DNA of 63,064 nt, counting the filler, from Chiloscyllium plagiosum (taxonomy: Eukaryota): assembly GCF_004010195.1 (NCBI RefSeq). It is 6 parts of 2 records of this genome, joined end to end, with 100 filler letters (N's around TTAATTAATTAA, not from the genome) between each part and the next. Parts side by side here need not be neighbours in the genome. Positions count along the whole stretch, not along the records: positions 35,515 to 51,113 come from NC_057716.1; positions 51,214 to 57,169 come from NC_057717.1; positions 57,270 to 63,064 come from NC_057717.1; 3 more parts are not named here. The stretch is one strand, 5' to 3'. The translations under genes and the position numbers were made by a program. Below the pieces are notes generated by a model, which was given only the letters and a program-made list of their open reading frames with translations, did no database searches and was not told the DNA's origin. Below, in pieces: positions 48,441-61,965 of the stretch (position 1 is the stretch's first letter; the number at the start of each line of letters is the position of its first letter).

Positions 48441-49589
48441 CGGGAAGTTCTGGCAATGACGAGTGCTTACGTCTGTGGCAAGAGCGAAGAAATGGCCTCG
48501 TGATGGGCCATTGGGGTGTGGTATACGGGGAATTGAGTGCAAACACTTACTAGAGCTCACAGAAAATCCACACATGACACCTTTGGTCAAATGCAGCGCT
48601 CGGTGATACCGCTCTGAGGCAGTTCACCCTATTAACCATCAAATCAGCAAACAATTTATTCTACATTGCTAAATTTCAGCAGTACAAAAGCTTGAATCCA
48701 CAGATATTGTGGGAAAGAATACTTAATAAATACAAAATGTTTATAAATCACGTTCGAGTGAGCACAGAACTAACATGAATTTGTCAAAAAATTTCTAATT
48801 GTTAAACAGCTTCCACTTCTTCAACCATCAAAGCATTTTAGAAGCCTTGGAGATGCCCTGAGGTTGAACTTACAAATAATGTTTGTCCCTTTTAAATTAC
48901 AGCAGAGAAGGATATTCAGTGGTTACACCAATTGAGAGCAGGCGATCACGTCTGCAAATGAGTAAGTATTTAAGAAACAGATATGGTGTTTATAAACAGA
49001 TTTTTATTTTTAATTCAATTAGCCTGGTGCTTCGTGTTTTAGTCCTTTCCAGACACCAGTCCTGTGCTGGCAGGCTTTCCATTGTGTACTTCAGTGTATA
49101 AACTGCTGCTTTCTTTGTCCCAACTCTCAGCAGATCTGGGTTCCCCAACACCATTGTGGTCCCCAGTCCAGTAAGCACCTCACATTTAAAATTCTCACTC
49201 TCACTGTCACTCTTATGCTCCAGTCCAATCCCTCCAAGGCCTCTGCCTTCCCTATATTCCTGTAATCTCTTCCAGATCTTCAACCTGCTGAGCGTACAGA
49301 GTTCTCCAGCAATGACTAGTTCTGAATCGTTTTAATTCACGTTAGCAAAAATTGCAAAGTCAAATTGTGGCAATGAGGATTATAGTGAGCAGAAGCCACA
49401 GGCCAGCCTGTCGTCTCTATCCAGTAAATCGTGACGTGCTGTTTTATCTGGCTTGTGCTATGAGCCACAGGTTAACACTGTTCCTCTCTTCTAGTGGCAA
49501 ACAAGGAACTGGAGGATCTGAGGAAGTGGAAGGAAGCTAACAGGCTTGGTCCAATCAACTTGACTCCCATGCAATTAGGTAAGAGGTTT

Positions 49590-51030
49590 TTGTAATTTGT
49601 TTGCAGGTTATGGGCATTGCTGGCTAGACTAGTGTTTATTGGCCATCCCTGATTTCTCTGGATAACATAGTGCTGAGCTGCCATCTTGGACTGTGGAAGC
49701 CTATTTAGTTTGGGTTAGGGAGGGAGTTTCTAGGATTTTGACCCAGCAACATTGAAGAAATGATGATACATTTCCAGGACAGGATGGCGAGTGGTTTGGA
49801 GGGAAACTTACCTGTGGGATGTTCCCATGTAGCTCCTGTACTTGCCCTTCCAGATGGAAGTGGACATGGGTTTAGAAGGTGCTGTCTTGGTAGAATTTTT
49901 GCAGTGCATCTTGTGGATATTGGTAGTGAGCTATAACTGAGCATTGTTGGTGGAGGGAGTGGATGTTGAAGGCAATGGGGTACCCAATCAAGCGGGCTGC
50001 TTTGTCCTCAATGATGTCAAATTATTAGATCAACACCCTTCCAGGCAAGTGGGCAACTGTCGTGATCCCAGCTGATGTTTTTGGAAATGTCCAATCCCAG
50101 ACTGAAATCTGGCTGGAAGATCATGAGGCAGATTCTGACTGAAACACGATAAGTCTCATTATTAAAACTAAGTTTTTGTAATTTCACAAAAGATGATAGA
50201 ATAGACTCAAACCAATTAAACAACACAATTTTAGAGTTGTTGACATGTACAGTAAAATGAAATCCCAAAATATACCTTTACCGATCCTGAAAGCACCCCA
50301 GTGCAGCACTCACATGAGAGAAGAATCCCTCTAACTCTCCAATACATTTAATTTAACTGCAATTTCAATATCCAGTCTGTATGGCCTTTTCTTGGGGCTT
50401 TCATACTCCTAAGTTTATATATTCCAGGTTCAAATAATCTTCTAAAAGGTTTTATTTAGACACTCCTGGTCTGGAACTATTACTCAGCTCATTGCTGTAA
50501 TATAATCTGTTTTTTTTACTATCTTCTCCCTTTCTTGGGAGCATGGCTGTGCATGTCTATCTTCTTCCAAGTACTTTTCCAGACCTGCCTCAAGCTGAAC
50601 CAAACCTTATTTTCAAGTGTTGGGTGCTTTCTCCTAAGCTTAAAGTCTAGACATTTTTAATAGCATAGCTGATACACAATTATTTACCTTACAAATTGGA
50701 AACTGAGAAGTAATGTGCACAGACATCCATTAGTTCTGATCTTCATCTCTATCAAGTTTCTCTATAAGAAATCACCATGACTACACAAATACTTACACGT
50801 TAATCATTAAGCTCCTTCAGACACACAGAAAAATCCACATATAAAAATTCAAACATCTAAACTTAACTGATATTAAAATAGATATAAATCTCTCACCCTG
50901 CATCTCACAACACACTCCTGACTTTTGCCTTCTGGATTGTGGACAGGTTCTGGGGACTCAGGTGAATTATTCGCTGCAGGATTCCTATCCTCAGACCTGC
51001 TCTTGTAGCCGTACTATTTGTATAGCTTTA
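49590..51030 (-). mobile_element. L2/CR1-group LINE 3' remnant interrupted at 50058-50912
   Basis: Homologous to 52972-53575 on both sides of the interruption. Confidence 0.7.
50058..50912. mobile_element. Probable solo LTR or other short-TIR insertion
   Basis: TGTCGTGA...TCACAACA termini (7/8 inverted), splitting a LINE remnant; no clean TSD. Confidence 0.45.
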
Positions 51031-51213
51031 TAGCCCAGGTAGAAATCAACGAGGTAAAAACAATGACTGCAGATGCTGGAAACCAGATTCTGGATTAGTG
51101 GTGCTGGAAGAGCNNNNNNNNNNNNNNNNNNNNNNNNNNNNNNNNNNNNNNNNNNNNTTAATTAATTAANNNNNNNNNNNNNNNNNNNNNNNNNNNNNNN
51201 NNNNNNNNNNNNN

Positions 51214-51403
51214 AAGAGTAGGTGTGCATGCTGGAATGGATAGAGATAGAGGAAGCTGATGTGCTGAAAATTTTGTCAAACATTAAGATTGACAAGTCGC
51301 CAGGTCCGGACCAGATTTGTCCTCGGCTGCTTTGGGAACCGAGAAATGCAATTTCTTCGCCACTTGCAATGATCTTTGCATCCTCGCTCTCCACTGGAGT
51401 CGT
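51214..51403 (+). mobile_element. CR1 ORF2 fragment between gaps
   Basis: VLKILSNIKIDKSPGPDQICPRLL..IFASSLSTGV. Confidence 0.88.
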
Positions 51404-52971
51404 NNNNNNNNNNNNNNNNNNNNNNNNNNNNNNNNNNNNNNNNNNNNNNNNNNNNNNNNNNNNNNNNNNNNNNNNNNNNNNNNNNNNNNNNNNNNNNNNN
51501 NNNNNNNNNNNNNNNNNNNNNNNNNNNNNNNNNNNNNNNNNNNNNNNNNNNNNNNNNNNNNNNNNNNNNNNNNNNNNNNNNNNNNNNNNNNNNNNNNNNN
51601 NNNNNNNNNNNNNNNNNNNNNNNNNNNNNNNNNNNNNNNNNNNNNNNNNNNNNNNNNNNNNNNNNNNNNNNNNNNNNNNNNNNNNNNNNNNNNNNNNNNN
51701 NNNNNNNNNNNNNNNNNNNNNNNNNNNNNNNNNNNNNNNNNNNNNNNNNNNNNNNNNNNNNNNNNNNNNNNNNNNNNNNNNNNNNNNNNNNNNNNNNNNN
51801 NNNNNNNNNNNNNNNNNNNNNNNNNNNNNNNNNNNNNNNNNNNNNNNNNNNNNNNNNNNNNNNNNNNNNNNNNNNNNNNNNNNNNNNNNNNNNNNNNNNN
51901 NNNCCCTTTGAGAGAATGAATTTTTCCTCTTAAATAAAATACAAAAGAACAGTAGATGCTGTAAATCAGAAACGGAAATAGAAATTTCTGTCAAGGAACA
52001 GCATATCTGGCAGCATTTATGAAGAGATATCAGAGTTAAGATTTCAGGTCAGGTGACTCATCCTCAGAGTTCAGATGCTGCCAGACCTTCTGAGCTTTAC
52101 CAACAATTTCAGTTTGAGTTTCAAATTTACCCACCTCTCTGTTTTGAATCTGCTGCCCCTTATCTTAAAATTATGAATTCTTCTAGATTGTCCTACATGA
52201 GGAAATATCCTTTCCATGTCTATTTTGACAAACCCCTTTGAAGACCTCAATTAGATCTCCTCTCCTTCTTTCAAAGACCAGAGGATATTAGCCTAAACTG
52301 CTCAATCTCTCTTCGTTAGACAAGTCCCTGTAATCAATCTCGAGAAGGTTGTCTGAATGGCATCCAAAACACTGAATCCTTCCTAAAGTAAGGATGCCAA
52401 AACTATACTTAATACTCCAGATGGACTCTCATTAAAACCTTGTATGGTTACGGAAATACTTTTATGCTCTATTCCATCAATAAATGCCAAAGTTCAAACA
52501 GGCAAGGTAGATTTCACTCAACTGAAACCAACATTGTCTTTCACTAAAAATAATTTAAATTAATGAATGAGATTTTATTATCATATGTATTACAAAGAAA
52601 TCATTCCTGGCACCATCTTAGAAACAAAGGTATCAAGGTGCAAAATCTTTGGTACAAACTAGAAAAATTGAGGTCATTTTGAAGGCAGGGTTTAGATTCG
52701 GGGAGAGAAACTGAAAACTAGAACCTCAAAAAGTAGTAATATTAAAATTACGTTTGGAGCCATATGCTGGTGAGTACAGAAATAAGAAGATCGAGCTGAT
52801 AATTATATGGCCAGCGAATTGGTATAGGAGAGACAACTTTAGATTTCTGAGGCAATGTGGTGATGCCTGTACAAATCAAACGATTGCATCTGAAGAGTGG
52901 TGGGAGTAAAATCCTCACTGGGGATGTTATGAGTGATACTGTGAAGGGATTGAACCAACTTCATAAAATAA

Positions 52972-53575
52972 CATCATTTGTGGGATGTGGGTGTCGCTGG
53001 CTGGCCAGCATTTGTTGTCTGTCCCAAGTTGCCCTTGAGAAGGTGATGGTGAGCTGCCTTCTTGAACTGCTGCAGTTCACCTGCTGTGGGTTGACCCACA
53101 ATTTCATTAGCTCAGAAATTCCAGGATTTTGACCCACCAACAGTGAAGGAACGGTAACATTTATCCAACTCAGGATGTTGAGTGGCTTAGAAGGGAATTT
53201 GAATGTGGTGGGGTTCCCATGTGTCCCTTTGTCCTTCCAGATGGAGTGGTTGCGGATTTAGGAAGTGCTGTCTAAGAATCCGGCTTAATTTCTGCAGTGC
53301 ATCTTGTAGATTGTACACACTGCTGCCAGTAAGCGTCAGTGGTGGAGGGAATAGATTCCTGTGGGTGTGGTGCGAATCCAGCAGTTTGCTTTGTCCTGGA
53401 TAATGTCAAGCTTCTTCAGTGTTGTTGGGGCTGCACTCATCCAGACAAGTAGGGAGTATTCCATCACACTCTTAACTTGTGCCTTGTAGATGGTGGGGGG
53501 GGGGGGGGGAGGGGGAGTTAGGAAGAGAGTTACACAATGTAGTATTCCTAGCCTATGATCTGCTCTTGTAGCCGT
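52972..53575 (-). mobile_element. L2/CR1-group LINE 3' end
   Basis: RLGILHCVT..TIYKAQVKSVMEYS..WMSAAPTTLKKLDIIQDKA. Confidence 0.8.
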
Positions 53576-54286
53576 AGGGAGTGTGCTGAACAAAGAGACC
53601 TTGGAGTGCAGGTTCATAACTCCTTGAAGGTGGAGTCGCAGGTAGATAGGACAGTGAAGAAGGCGTTTGGTATGCTTTCCTTTATTGGTCAGAGTATTGA
53701 GTACAGGAGTTGGGAGGTCATGTTGCGGCTGTACAGGGCATTGGTTAGGCCACTGTTGGAATATTGCGTGCAATTCTGGTCTCCTTCCTATCGGAAAGAT
53801 GCTATGAAACGTGAAAGAGTTCAGAAAAGATTTACAAGCATGTTGCCAGGGTTGGAGGATTTGAGCTACAGGGAGAGGCTGAACAGCCTGGGGCTGTTTT
53901 CCCTGGATCTTCGGAGGCTGAGGTTTACAAAATTATGAGGGGTATGGATAGGATAAGTAGACAAAGTCTTTTCCCTGGGTACAGGGAGTCCAGAACGAAA
54001 GGGCATAGGTTTAGGGTGAGAGGGGAAAGATATAAAAGAGACCTAAGGGGCAACTTTTTCACGCAGAGGGTGGCACGTGTATGGAATGAGCTGCCAGAGG
54101 ATGTGGTGGAGACTGGTACAATTGCAACATTTAAGAGGCATTTGGATGGGTATATGAATAGGAAGGTTTAGAGGGATATGGACGGGGTGCTGGCAGGTGG
54201 GACTAGATTGCGTTGGGATATCTGGTCAGCATGAACAGGTTGGACCAAAGGGTCTGTTTCCATGCTGTACATCTCTATGATTCTAT
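53576..54286 (+). mobile_element. CR1 LINE 3' end (relatively young)
   Basis: EQRDLGVQVHNSLKVESQVD..YCVQFWSPSYRKD; closely similar to 20125-20800; (CTATGATT) tail. Confidence 0.93.
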
Positions 54287-55239
54287 GTTCATCAGAGAGA
54301 GATGGAAAACTAATGGTAGGTTCAGAAGGGAGAGAATAAAAGCTGGAAGTGGAAGGCAAAATATTTGCAAGCATGCTTGGAAGGCAAAGTAATCCAAGGC
54401 TTGAAAATAGACAGCAAAGCAGTTGCACAATATTAATTTGCAAAATTGACTCTGGAAATAACTGAGAGAAGACTCTGGGAAAATTATCATCAAATCAGGA
54501 CATATGGGCTGAAAAACAGAACAAAATAGTGGCCATCATACAATGGGAGTGCACTGCAGGCCATCAAACATTCACGAAGGAGACAGAATTGGAAGTATGT
54601 GGCAAATCTGAGAATTGGTCGTTACAATACTGATAGTAGAGCATTTCAACTATCCAAGATGAAGTCAGACGGCTACATGGCAAAATAGCCCAGTCCTTCA
54701 CTTTGAAGATCTATCGTTGAAAAATCATTCAAAGCTCCTCTCGGATTCATCCTGGGAAGTTCAATCTTGTCTTCCAAGACCAAGTTCTGACAGACCCTTG
54801 ACACTGTCCCGAGACATCTCATTACTGCCATGTTTTATCATAGTCAGATCAGAGAGATGCTCCTGATTTTCTCTACGCTCCATACTTTACAGCTGCACCA
54901 AACAAATTCTGGTCAGGGATTTTCCTCCCCCTCCCCCCGTCCACTCTCAGTTGCACTTAACTTCCTTTCAGGGACTGATCCTGCCCTGAGTCCTGAAGTC
55001 TCTAAGGAGGTGACTTGTATTGGCTGAAACCTGTTCTTTAGCTTCTGTAACGGTTAGCTCCAAGCTGCAACCAATCTCACCCTGCAAACCCTCCGATCAA
55101 ATTAAACCAGAAATTAGTTTAAAGCTCCATCCATCAGCATGACAAGCTAGCCTTTAACAGATTGGTCAGCGCTTAACAACGACTGTTGAACTTCTAGCTA
55201 TATTTCTTTATCATTCTACTTTCTGCTAAGAGGGACTGT

Positions 55240-55415
55240 GCTATTTAACGTTTACATTTTTTCTTTATTTTTATACGTATACCTAAGATTTTATGGCTGG
55301 GTAACTTTGCACTTAAGATGGCTCCGGGAATGGCGATGTAGTACACTTTTCACTGGCCTCATGTATTTAGGTACTTAAGTACACGTGACAATAAACTCTA
55401 ATTCTAATTCTAATT
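55240..55415 (+). mobile_element. Short non-LTR 3' end (Rex1/L2-like)
   Basis: ..TTTTCACTG..TACACGTGACAATAAA followed by a (CTAATT)n tail. Confidence 0.5.
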
Positions 55416-55980
55416 AACCTCGCTTAAAACTTCTCCAATTTCATCAAGTAAATAGGAATTCACTGAAGGATTTTATGATAATTCTAAAATCCAAACCACA
55501 TATCTTCCCAGAATGCAATTCTCTGTAGGTCATACAGGCAGCATTGAAGCTGAGCAAACCCACATGTAGGTTCATGATCGTACATTTTAAGCTATTAATC
55601 TCTTAAAGCAGTGTAATTCTCATGTTTTAAGTGTGCACCAAACAAATCCATTGTTTATTTATCCCACTTTCTGCTGCTAAACTTTACTTTCTGAGCCAAT
55701 AAAACCAAATGACNNNNNNNNNNNNNNNNNNNNNNNNNNNNNNNNNNNNNNNNNNNNNNNNNNNNNNNNNNNNNNNNNNNNNNNNNNNNNNNNNNNNNNN
55801 NNNNNNNNNNNNNNNNNNNNNNNNNNNNNNNNNNNNNNNNNNNNNNNNNNNNNNNNNNNNNNNNNNNNNNNNNNNNNNNNNNNNNNNNNNNNNNNNNNNN
55901 NNNNNNNNNNNNNNNNNNNNNNNNNNNNNNNNNNNNNNNNNNNNNNNNNNNNNNNNNNNNNNNNNNNNNNNNNNNNNNNN

Positions 55981-57169
55981 GATTGCACCTAAATTGGAAG
56001 GGGACTAATATACTGGCAGGGAAATTTGCTAGAACTGCTTGGGAGGATTTAAACTAGTAAGGTGGTGGGGGGAGGGGTGTGACCCAGGAAGATAGTGAGG
56101 AATGAGATCGATTTGAGACGTGTACAGCTGAGAACAGAAGTGAGTCAAACAGTCAGGGCAGGCAGGGACAAGGTAGGACAAATAAATTAAATTGCATTTA
56201 TTTCAATGCAAGGGGCCTAACAGGGAAGGCAGATGAACTCAGGGAATTGTTTGGAACATGGGACTGGGATATCATAGCGATTACAGAAACATGGCTCAGG
56301 GAAGGGCGGGACTGGCAGCTGAATGTTCCAGAATGTAAATGCTACAGGAAGGATAGAAAGGGAGGCAAAACAGGAGTGGGAGTGGCATTTTTGATAAGGG
56401 ATAGCATTACAGCCGTGCCAAGTAGGATATTCCCGGAAATACATCCAGGGAAGTTATTTGGGTGGAACTGAGAAATAAGAAAGGGATGATCACCTTATTG
56501 AGATTGTATTATAGACCCCTCAATAGTCAGAGGGAAATTGAGAAACAGACTTGTCAGGAGATCTCATCTATCTGTGAGAATAATAGGGTAGTTATGGTAG
56601 GGGATTTCTAACTTTCCAAACATCGATTGGGACTGCCATAGTGGAAAAGGTTTAGATGGAGAGGAATTTCTTAAGTGTGTACAAGACAATTTTCTGATTC
56701 AGTATGTGGATGTACCTACTAGAGAAGGTGCAAAACTTGACCTACTCTTGGGAAATAAGGCAGGGCAGGTGACTGAAGTGTCAGTGGGGAACACTTTGGG
56801 GCCAGCGACCATAATTCTATTAGTTTTAAAATAGTGATGGAAAAGGATAGACCAGATCTAAAAGTTAAAGTTCTAAATTGGAGAAAGGCCACTTTTGACG
56901 GTATTAGGCAAGAACTTTAAAAAGCTGATTGGAGGCAGATGTTTGCAGGTAAAGGGACGGCTGGAAAATGGGAAGCCTTCAGAAATGAGATAACAAGAAT
57001 CCAGAGAAAGTATATTCCTGTCAGGGTGAAACGGAAGGCTGGTAGGTATAGGGAATGCTGGATGACTAAAGAAATTGAGGGTTTGGTTAAGAAAAAGAAG
57101 GAAGCATATGTCAGGTATAGACAGGATAGATCAAGTGAATTCTTAGAAGAGTATAAAGGCAGTAGGAGT
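55981..57169 (+). mobile_element. CR1 ORF1 end and ORF2 endonuclease
   Basis: CIYFNARGLTGKADELR..WDWDIIAITETWLREG; YYRP; GDF.FP; SDHNSI. Confidence 0.92.
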
Positions 57170-57269
57170 NNNNNNNNNNNNNNNNNNNNNNNNNNNNNNN
57201 NNNNNNNNNNNNNTTAATTAATTAANNNNNNNNNNNNNNNNNNNNNNNNNNNNNNNNNNNNNNNNNNNN

Positions 57270-57647
57270 CTTACAATCAATACAATATATATATCATCAA
57301 ACATGAAAAGAGTCTTTTAACTTAGTTCATTCCCTCTTTCTCAGCTTACAATCAATACAATATATATATCATCAAACATGAAAAGAGTCTTTTAACTTAG
57401 TTCATTCCCTCTTTCTCAGCTTACAATCAATACAATATATATATCATCAAACATGAAAAGAGTCTTTTAACTTAGTTCATTCCCTCTTTCTCAGCTTACA
57501 ATCAATACAATATATATATCATCAAACATGAAAAGAGTCTTTTAACTTAGTTCATTCCCTCTTTCTCAGCTTACAATCAATACAATATATATATCATCAA
57601 ACATGAAAAGAGTCTTTTAACTTAGTTCATTCCCTCTTTCTCAGCTT
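57270..57647. repeat. Five perfect 75-bp tandem copies at the ERV pol/env junction
   Basis: CTTACAATCAATAC..TTCCCTCTTTCTCAG starts at 57270, 57345, 57420, 57495, 57570. Confidence 0.95.
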
Positions 57648-59903
57648 AACTTTCAGAGGGTTGTCTGTAGGATGAGCGTGCCACTCCGCCAATAGGACGT
57701 TCACAGGACCTTTTACGCGAGTGTGATGACTCCACCCTTTCTCAGCAGTCTGGATAGCTGTCTCAGGAGTCATCAGAGTTAGGAATGGTCCCTCCCAACT
57801 AGGGTGGAGTTTGGTATCTTTTCAGTCTTGATCAGGACCCAATCACCCGGTTGTCGAATTCAAGTGGAGGTATCTGGGTCAACTGACCTTTCTTCCTAAG
57901 GACAGACAAAGAAGAGCCGAACGCCACAATATAGTTCTTTAAAAACTTATCATTGAACTCTACAGTTGGTAATTCCCCTCTTCCACCCAAAAAAGGTAAT
58001 CCAAACATCATCTCATAAAGAGAGAAGCCTTTATCATGTCGAGGAACAGTCCTAATGCATAGCAATGCGATAGGTAAACATTTTGTCCATGGCAATCGAG
58101 TCTCTAGGACTAGCTTAGATAATTACTTCTTTAAGATTTGATTCGCTCGTTTCACCCGCCCAGAGAAGGGTGTTTGCCAAGAGGTGTGGAATTCCCGAGA
58201 GATCTCTAATCCTGTCATTACTCCTTGCAAGATCTTTGGGAGTAAAATGGCTACCTTGGTCTGAATCTATACTTTCCACTATTGCATATGATGGGATTAT
58301 ATGTTCAAGGACGGTTTTTACCACTCCTTTTGAGGTGGCTAATGACATTGGGAAAGCTTCTACCCGCTCGTTTATGTTGTCTACTAGGGCCAACAGGTAC
58401 TTCTGTTTTCCCACTGGGGGTAGCTCGGTGTAATTCATATGTTTACTTCGGAAGGGTCTCGCCACGAGTTTCTTCCTCCTTTCAGCCTTTCCCTTATTAT
58501 TTTATACATACTTAGAATCAGTGTAAATTGTCCCATCCCGATTCTCTAAGTGTCTTAGAGCTTGATTTAATGCGTAAAATTCACAGGTCTGGGTTGACCA
58601 TGTGTTTGGCAGCCGGTCTGATTTCACTGTTTGGTTTTTGTTCCCGTTCACTACTGCATATCCATTGTGTCTTTCTCCTTCCACTACTCTCGATGATCCA
58701 TCTATAAGCAATCTATCCCCTTCATATAAAGGTAGCTCTCTCAGGTCCTGTCTAATTTTGGTTTGATACTCTATGATATCTAAACAGTCATGTTCTAATT
58801 CTCATTTGTCTCGGGGTCTCCCTTCCATAAGAAGGTAGTTGGGTTTAGACAGGTGTCTGTTGATAACACCAGGTCATCTTTTTCCATCAGGATGACCTCG
58901 TCAACCATCTCCCTGCCTTTTGGTTTAACACAGTTCTGACTTGATGGGGGAGGGGGGTTACCAACTACGATAAGGCTGCTCCATCTGCAGTCTTTGCAGT
59001 TCCTAAATCTTTTAGTTCTTTTCCCCCTTTGTAGTAAACAATGGAGCACCCTGATGATCTGAAATTGTAGGTATTAGGGAGTATATCACTGCTCCTGTGG
59101 ATTCATGGTCGCTTCTTTAACTACGTCTTCGACCATTCTATTTCCCCTTACCTCCAGGTCATTCACCTTCCGATGTCTATTTATATGTGCTACTACTATT
59201 TCTCTCGGGAGTAACAGATATTTCAGCAGTTGTTTTATCAATTCCTCATGATCTAGTCCTTTTCCTCTGCTATTTATCAGTCTTCTTTCTTGCCAATTTT
59301 TTTTTCAAATGTATGTACCACTCCAAACGCATATTTGGAGTCTGTATTTATCATTCCTTTTTTTTTTTGTTTTCTAAGGTTCTGAGAGCTCTTTCTAGGG
59401 CATAGAGTTCACAAGTTTGGGATGACCAGCCGTTAGGCAGTCTTTCAGCCTCGATAATGCTTCCCTCTATCCCGTCTACTACAGCATATCCATTGTGCCT
59501 TTTACCCTCAATCATTCGGGAGGACCTGTTGATAAACAACCAAGCTCCCGCATGCAATGGTATGTTTCTTAAGTTCATTCGCACTTTAGTCTATTATTCA
59601 GTAATATCAAGGAAGTCATGTTCTGAATTGCAATGAGGCAGCCCCTTCTTTTTGCCACAGAAATGCAGCTGGATTCAAGCAACTGTCTATGACGAGAACA
59701 AGGTCATCCTGCTCTATTATGATTGTCTCATGTTTCAAAATCCTAGATGCTGTGAGCCATTCTCCTGCTTTCTGATTTAAGAATTCTTTGCCTTTTACTC
59801 CAGAAACCTTGAGACCTTTGTTAGTTAATTTAACACCGATAGGTCTAAAGCTTAGGGATGATCGTGCTGCTCCCGTATCCACTAAAAACACTGTTTCCTC
59901 TCC
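57570..59903 (-). mobile_element. pol: ERV-C: HERV-I-like pro/pol remnant, deleted and mosaic
   Basis: PR FLVDTGAARSSL; two RNase H copies (59584-59351, 58711-58502: IDGSSRV..HNGYAVV..Q.CE.YAL..IYTDSKY); IN SIDSDQGSHFT, PWTKCLPIALL.IRT.PR. Confidence 0.9.
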
Positions 59904-60867
59904 NNNNNNNNNNNNNNNNNNNNNNNNNNNNNNNNNNNNNNNNNNNNNNNNNNNNNNNNNNNNNNNNNNNNNNNNNNNNNNNNNNNNNNNNNNNNNNNNN
60001 NNNNNNNNNNNNNNNNNNNNNNNNNNNNNNNNNNNNNNNNNNNNNNNNNNNNNNNNNNNNNNNNNNNNNNNNNNNNNNNNNNNNNNNNNNNNNNNNNNNN
60101 NNNNNNNNNNNNNNNNNNNNNNNNNNNNNNNNNNNNNNNNNNNNNNNNNNNNNNNNNNNNNNNNNNNNNNNNNNNNNNNNNNNNNNNNNNNNNNNNNNNN
60201 NNNNNNNNNNNNNNNNNNNNNNNNNNNNNNNNNNNNNNNNNNNNNNNNNNNNNNNNNNNNNNNNNNNNNNNNNNNNNNNNNNNNNNNNNNNNNNNNNNNN
60301 NNNNNNNNNNNNNNNNNNNNNNNNNNNNNNNNNNNNNNNNNNNNNNNNNNNNNNNNNNNNNNNNNNNNNNNNNNNNNNNNNNNNNNNNNNNNNNNNNNNN
60401 NNNATTATACCTTTTCCTAATCCATTCAAGTTTTATAATATCATTCCGGTAGCAGGACGACCAGTTTTGTGTGGTTTATGCAATGTTACTATATTCGAAC
60501 ATTGACTGCTTCGTAGTTAAATGATGTTTCATTTCGTTAAGTTTTCCAATAGAGTTGGGGTAGTCCACACTTTGGTTTTTGTTTGTGTTACAACGATAGT
60601 GAAAGTAAAGTATGTTTCAGTTCAAGCCTGGAAGTTTCACCAATTGAATTGCATTGCCGTACATTTGCCTTCAGGAGAAAAGAAAAAGGGATCTAGACCA
60701 TCTTCTTGACTGATAGGAGTTTGATCTGCTTCAAAACCTCCTCAATTTCGGTCAATAAATGTCCCTACAGTCCGCAACAATGATTTTCACAGATTAGAGG
60801 AGGGTGCACAGACATCGTTATTAATTGTTATTACCTCGGACATGAGACGTTTGGGAACGATATTCCT

Positions 60868-61083
60868 CAGACCATCGACTGTCTGCTCAGCCAAGGTTAA
60901 AGGCCTGGAATCCGGCAAAATTGGGAACAATGCAATTCCCAGGAGACTGAGAGGTTACTAACAGAACGGGAGGTGGAGAGTCGAGAGCAGAACTACAGGG
61001 ACAGTCCGCTCTGATCACTGACCCTTCACCGTCAGTAAATCCAGTGTCAGGAATAGCTGCCATTAGTCAGAATGACAAAATGT
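60868..61083 (+). repeat. Paralog of 23160-23372, cut off by an LTR
   Basis: Colinear similarity ending at ..GACAAAATGT. Confidence 0.85.
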
Positions 61084-61787
61084 TGTTATGGAAAATAAAG
61101 AGCATGAAAGTAAGGGATAGTTTAAAGCATGAAAGCAAGGGAAGGCTTAAAGCATGAAACCCACTGGCGATCTGTTGCTAGGGGTCTGTAGAATTCAGGA
61201 TGAGATAAGAATAGTGGAATTGTCTCACACCAATTAGCAAAGAAAGGTTGACGCAGAAAAGTCTCGATGGTGAACTTAGATTAGTTAGTAAAGTTAGCCT
61301 TCCTGTTAAGTATCATTATGACTCGATTGGGAACATAAATATTTGGGACATGACATTAAGTATCAAATTAATTGTTATTAGGGTCAGCCTGATTGAGATT
61401 ATTGACAATGAATGACTTATTATGACATCGGGAAAATATGAAGTAGGGTCTGGAAAGAATGACCATTGTTGCGAAAGCTGACATTAAATATCTAACCATG
61501 ACATGAGAATAACGTTCAGTAGAAAGAACAATTAAAGAGATGATGGGAACTGACATCACTGGTTTATTGTGTAGTGAGTGTGAGGTACTATGACTAATAT
61601 ATTTAGACATGCTGATAAGCAAACAAAGCATGGGAAAAATTTATAAAAAAAACCATGGACAATGAAGTTCGAGAGCATTCGAGAATCTGCTTTCTCGGTG
61701 TCACGGTTTTTCGTTTGCAAATAATAGACCGACTTCTTCAAGAACACTCTACGTCTCCTGATGATTCTCTATACTTTTTCCACGACA
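61084..61787 (+). mobile_element. Solo LTR (704 bp)
   Basis: TGTTATGGAAAA...TTTTCCACGACA (10/12 inverted); TATAAAA ~61642; short U3 repeats AAAGCATGAAA; CpG-rich 3' part. Confidence 0.75.
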
Positions 61788-61965
61788 AGACTCAGCAGGT
61801 CTGGCAGCATCCATGCAGAGAGAATCGTGGACAATATTTATCAACTTTATCAGAACTCAATAATCTCCCACAGGTACTGCCAAACCAGATAGTTTTTTCA
61901 GCAGTTTCTGATTTTGCTTCAGATTCCCAGATGCCCCAGTTCATTACATTAACCTTTAAACCATT

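Noticed and set aside
55504..55520. TTCCCAGAATGCA ZNF143/Staf-like site suggesting an snRNA promoter
   Set aside because: Isolated motif; no PSE or snRNA body visible before the gap
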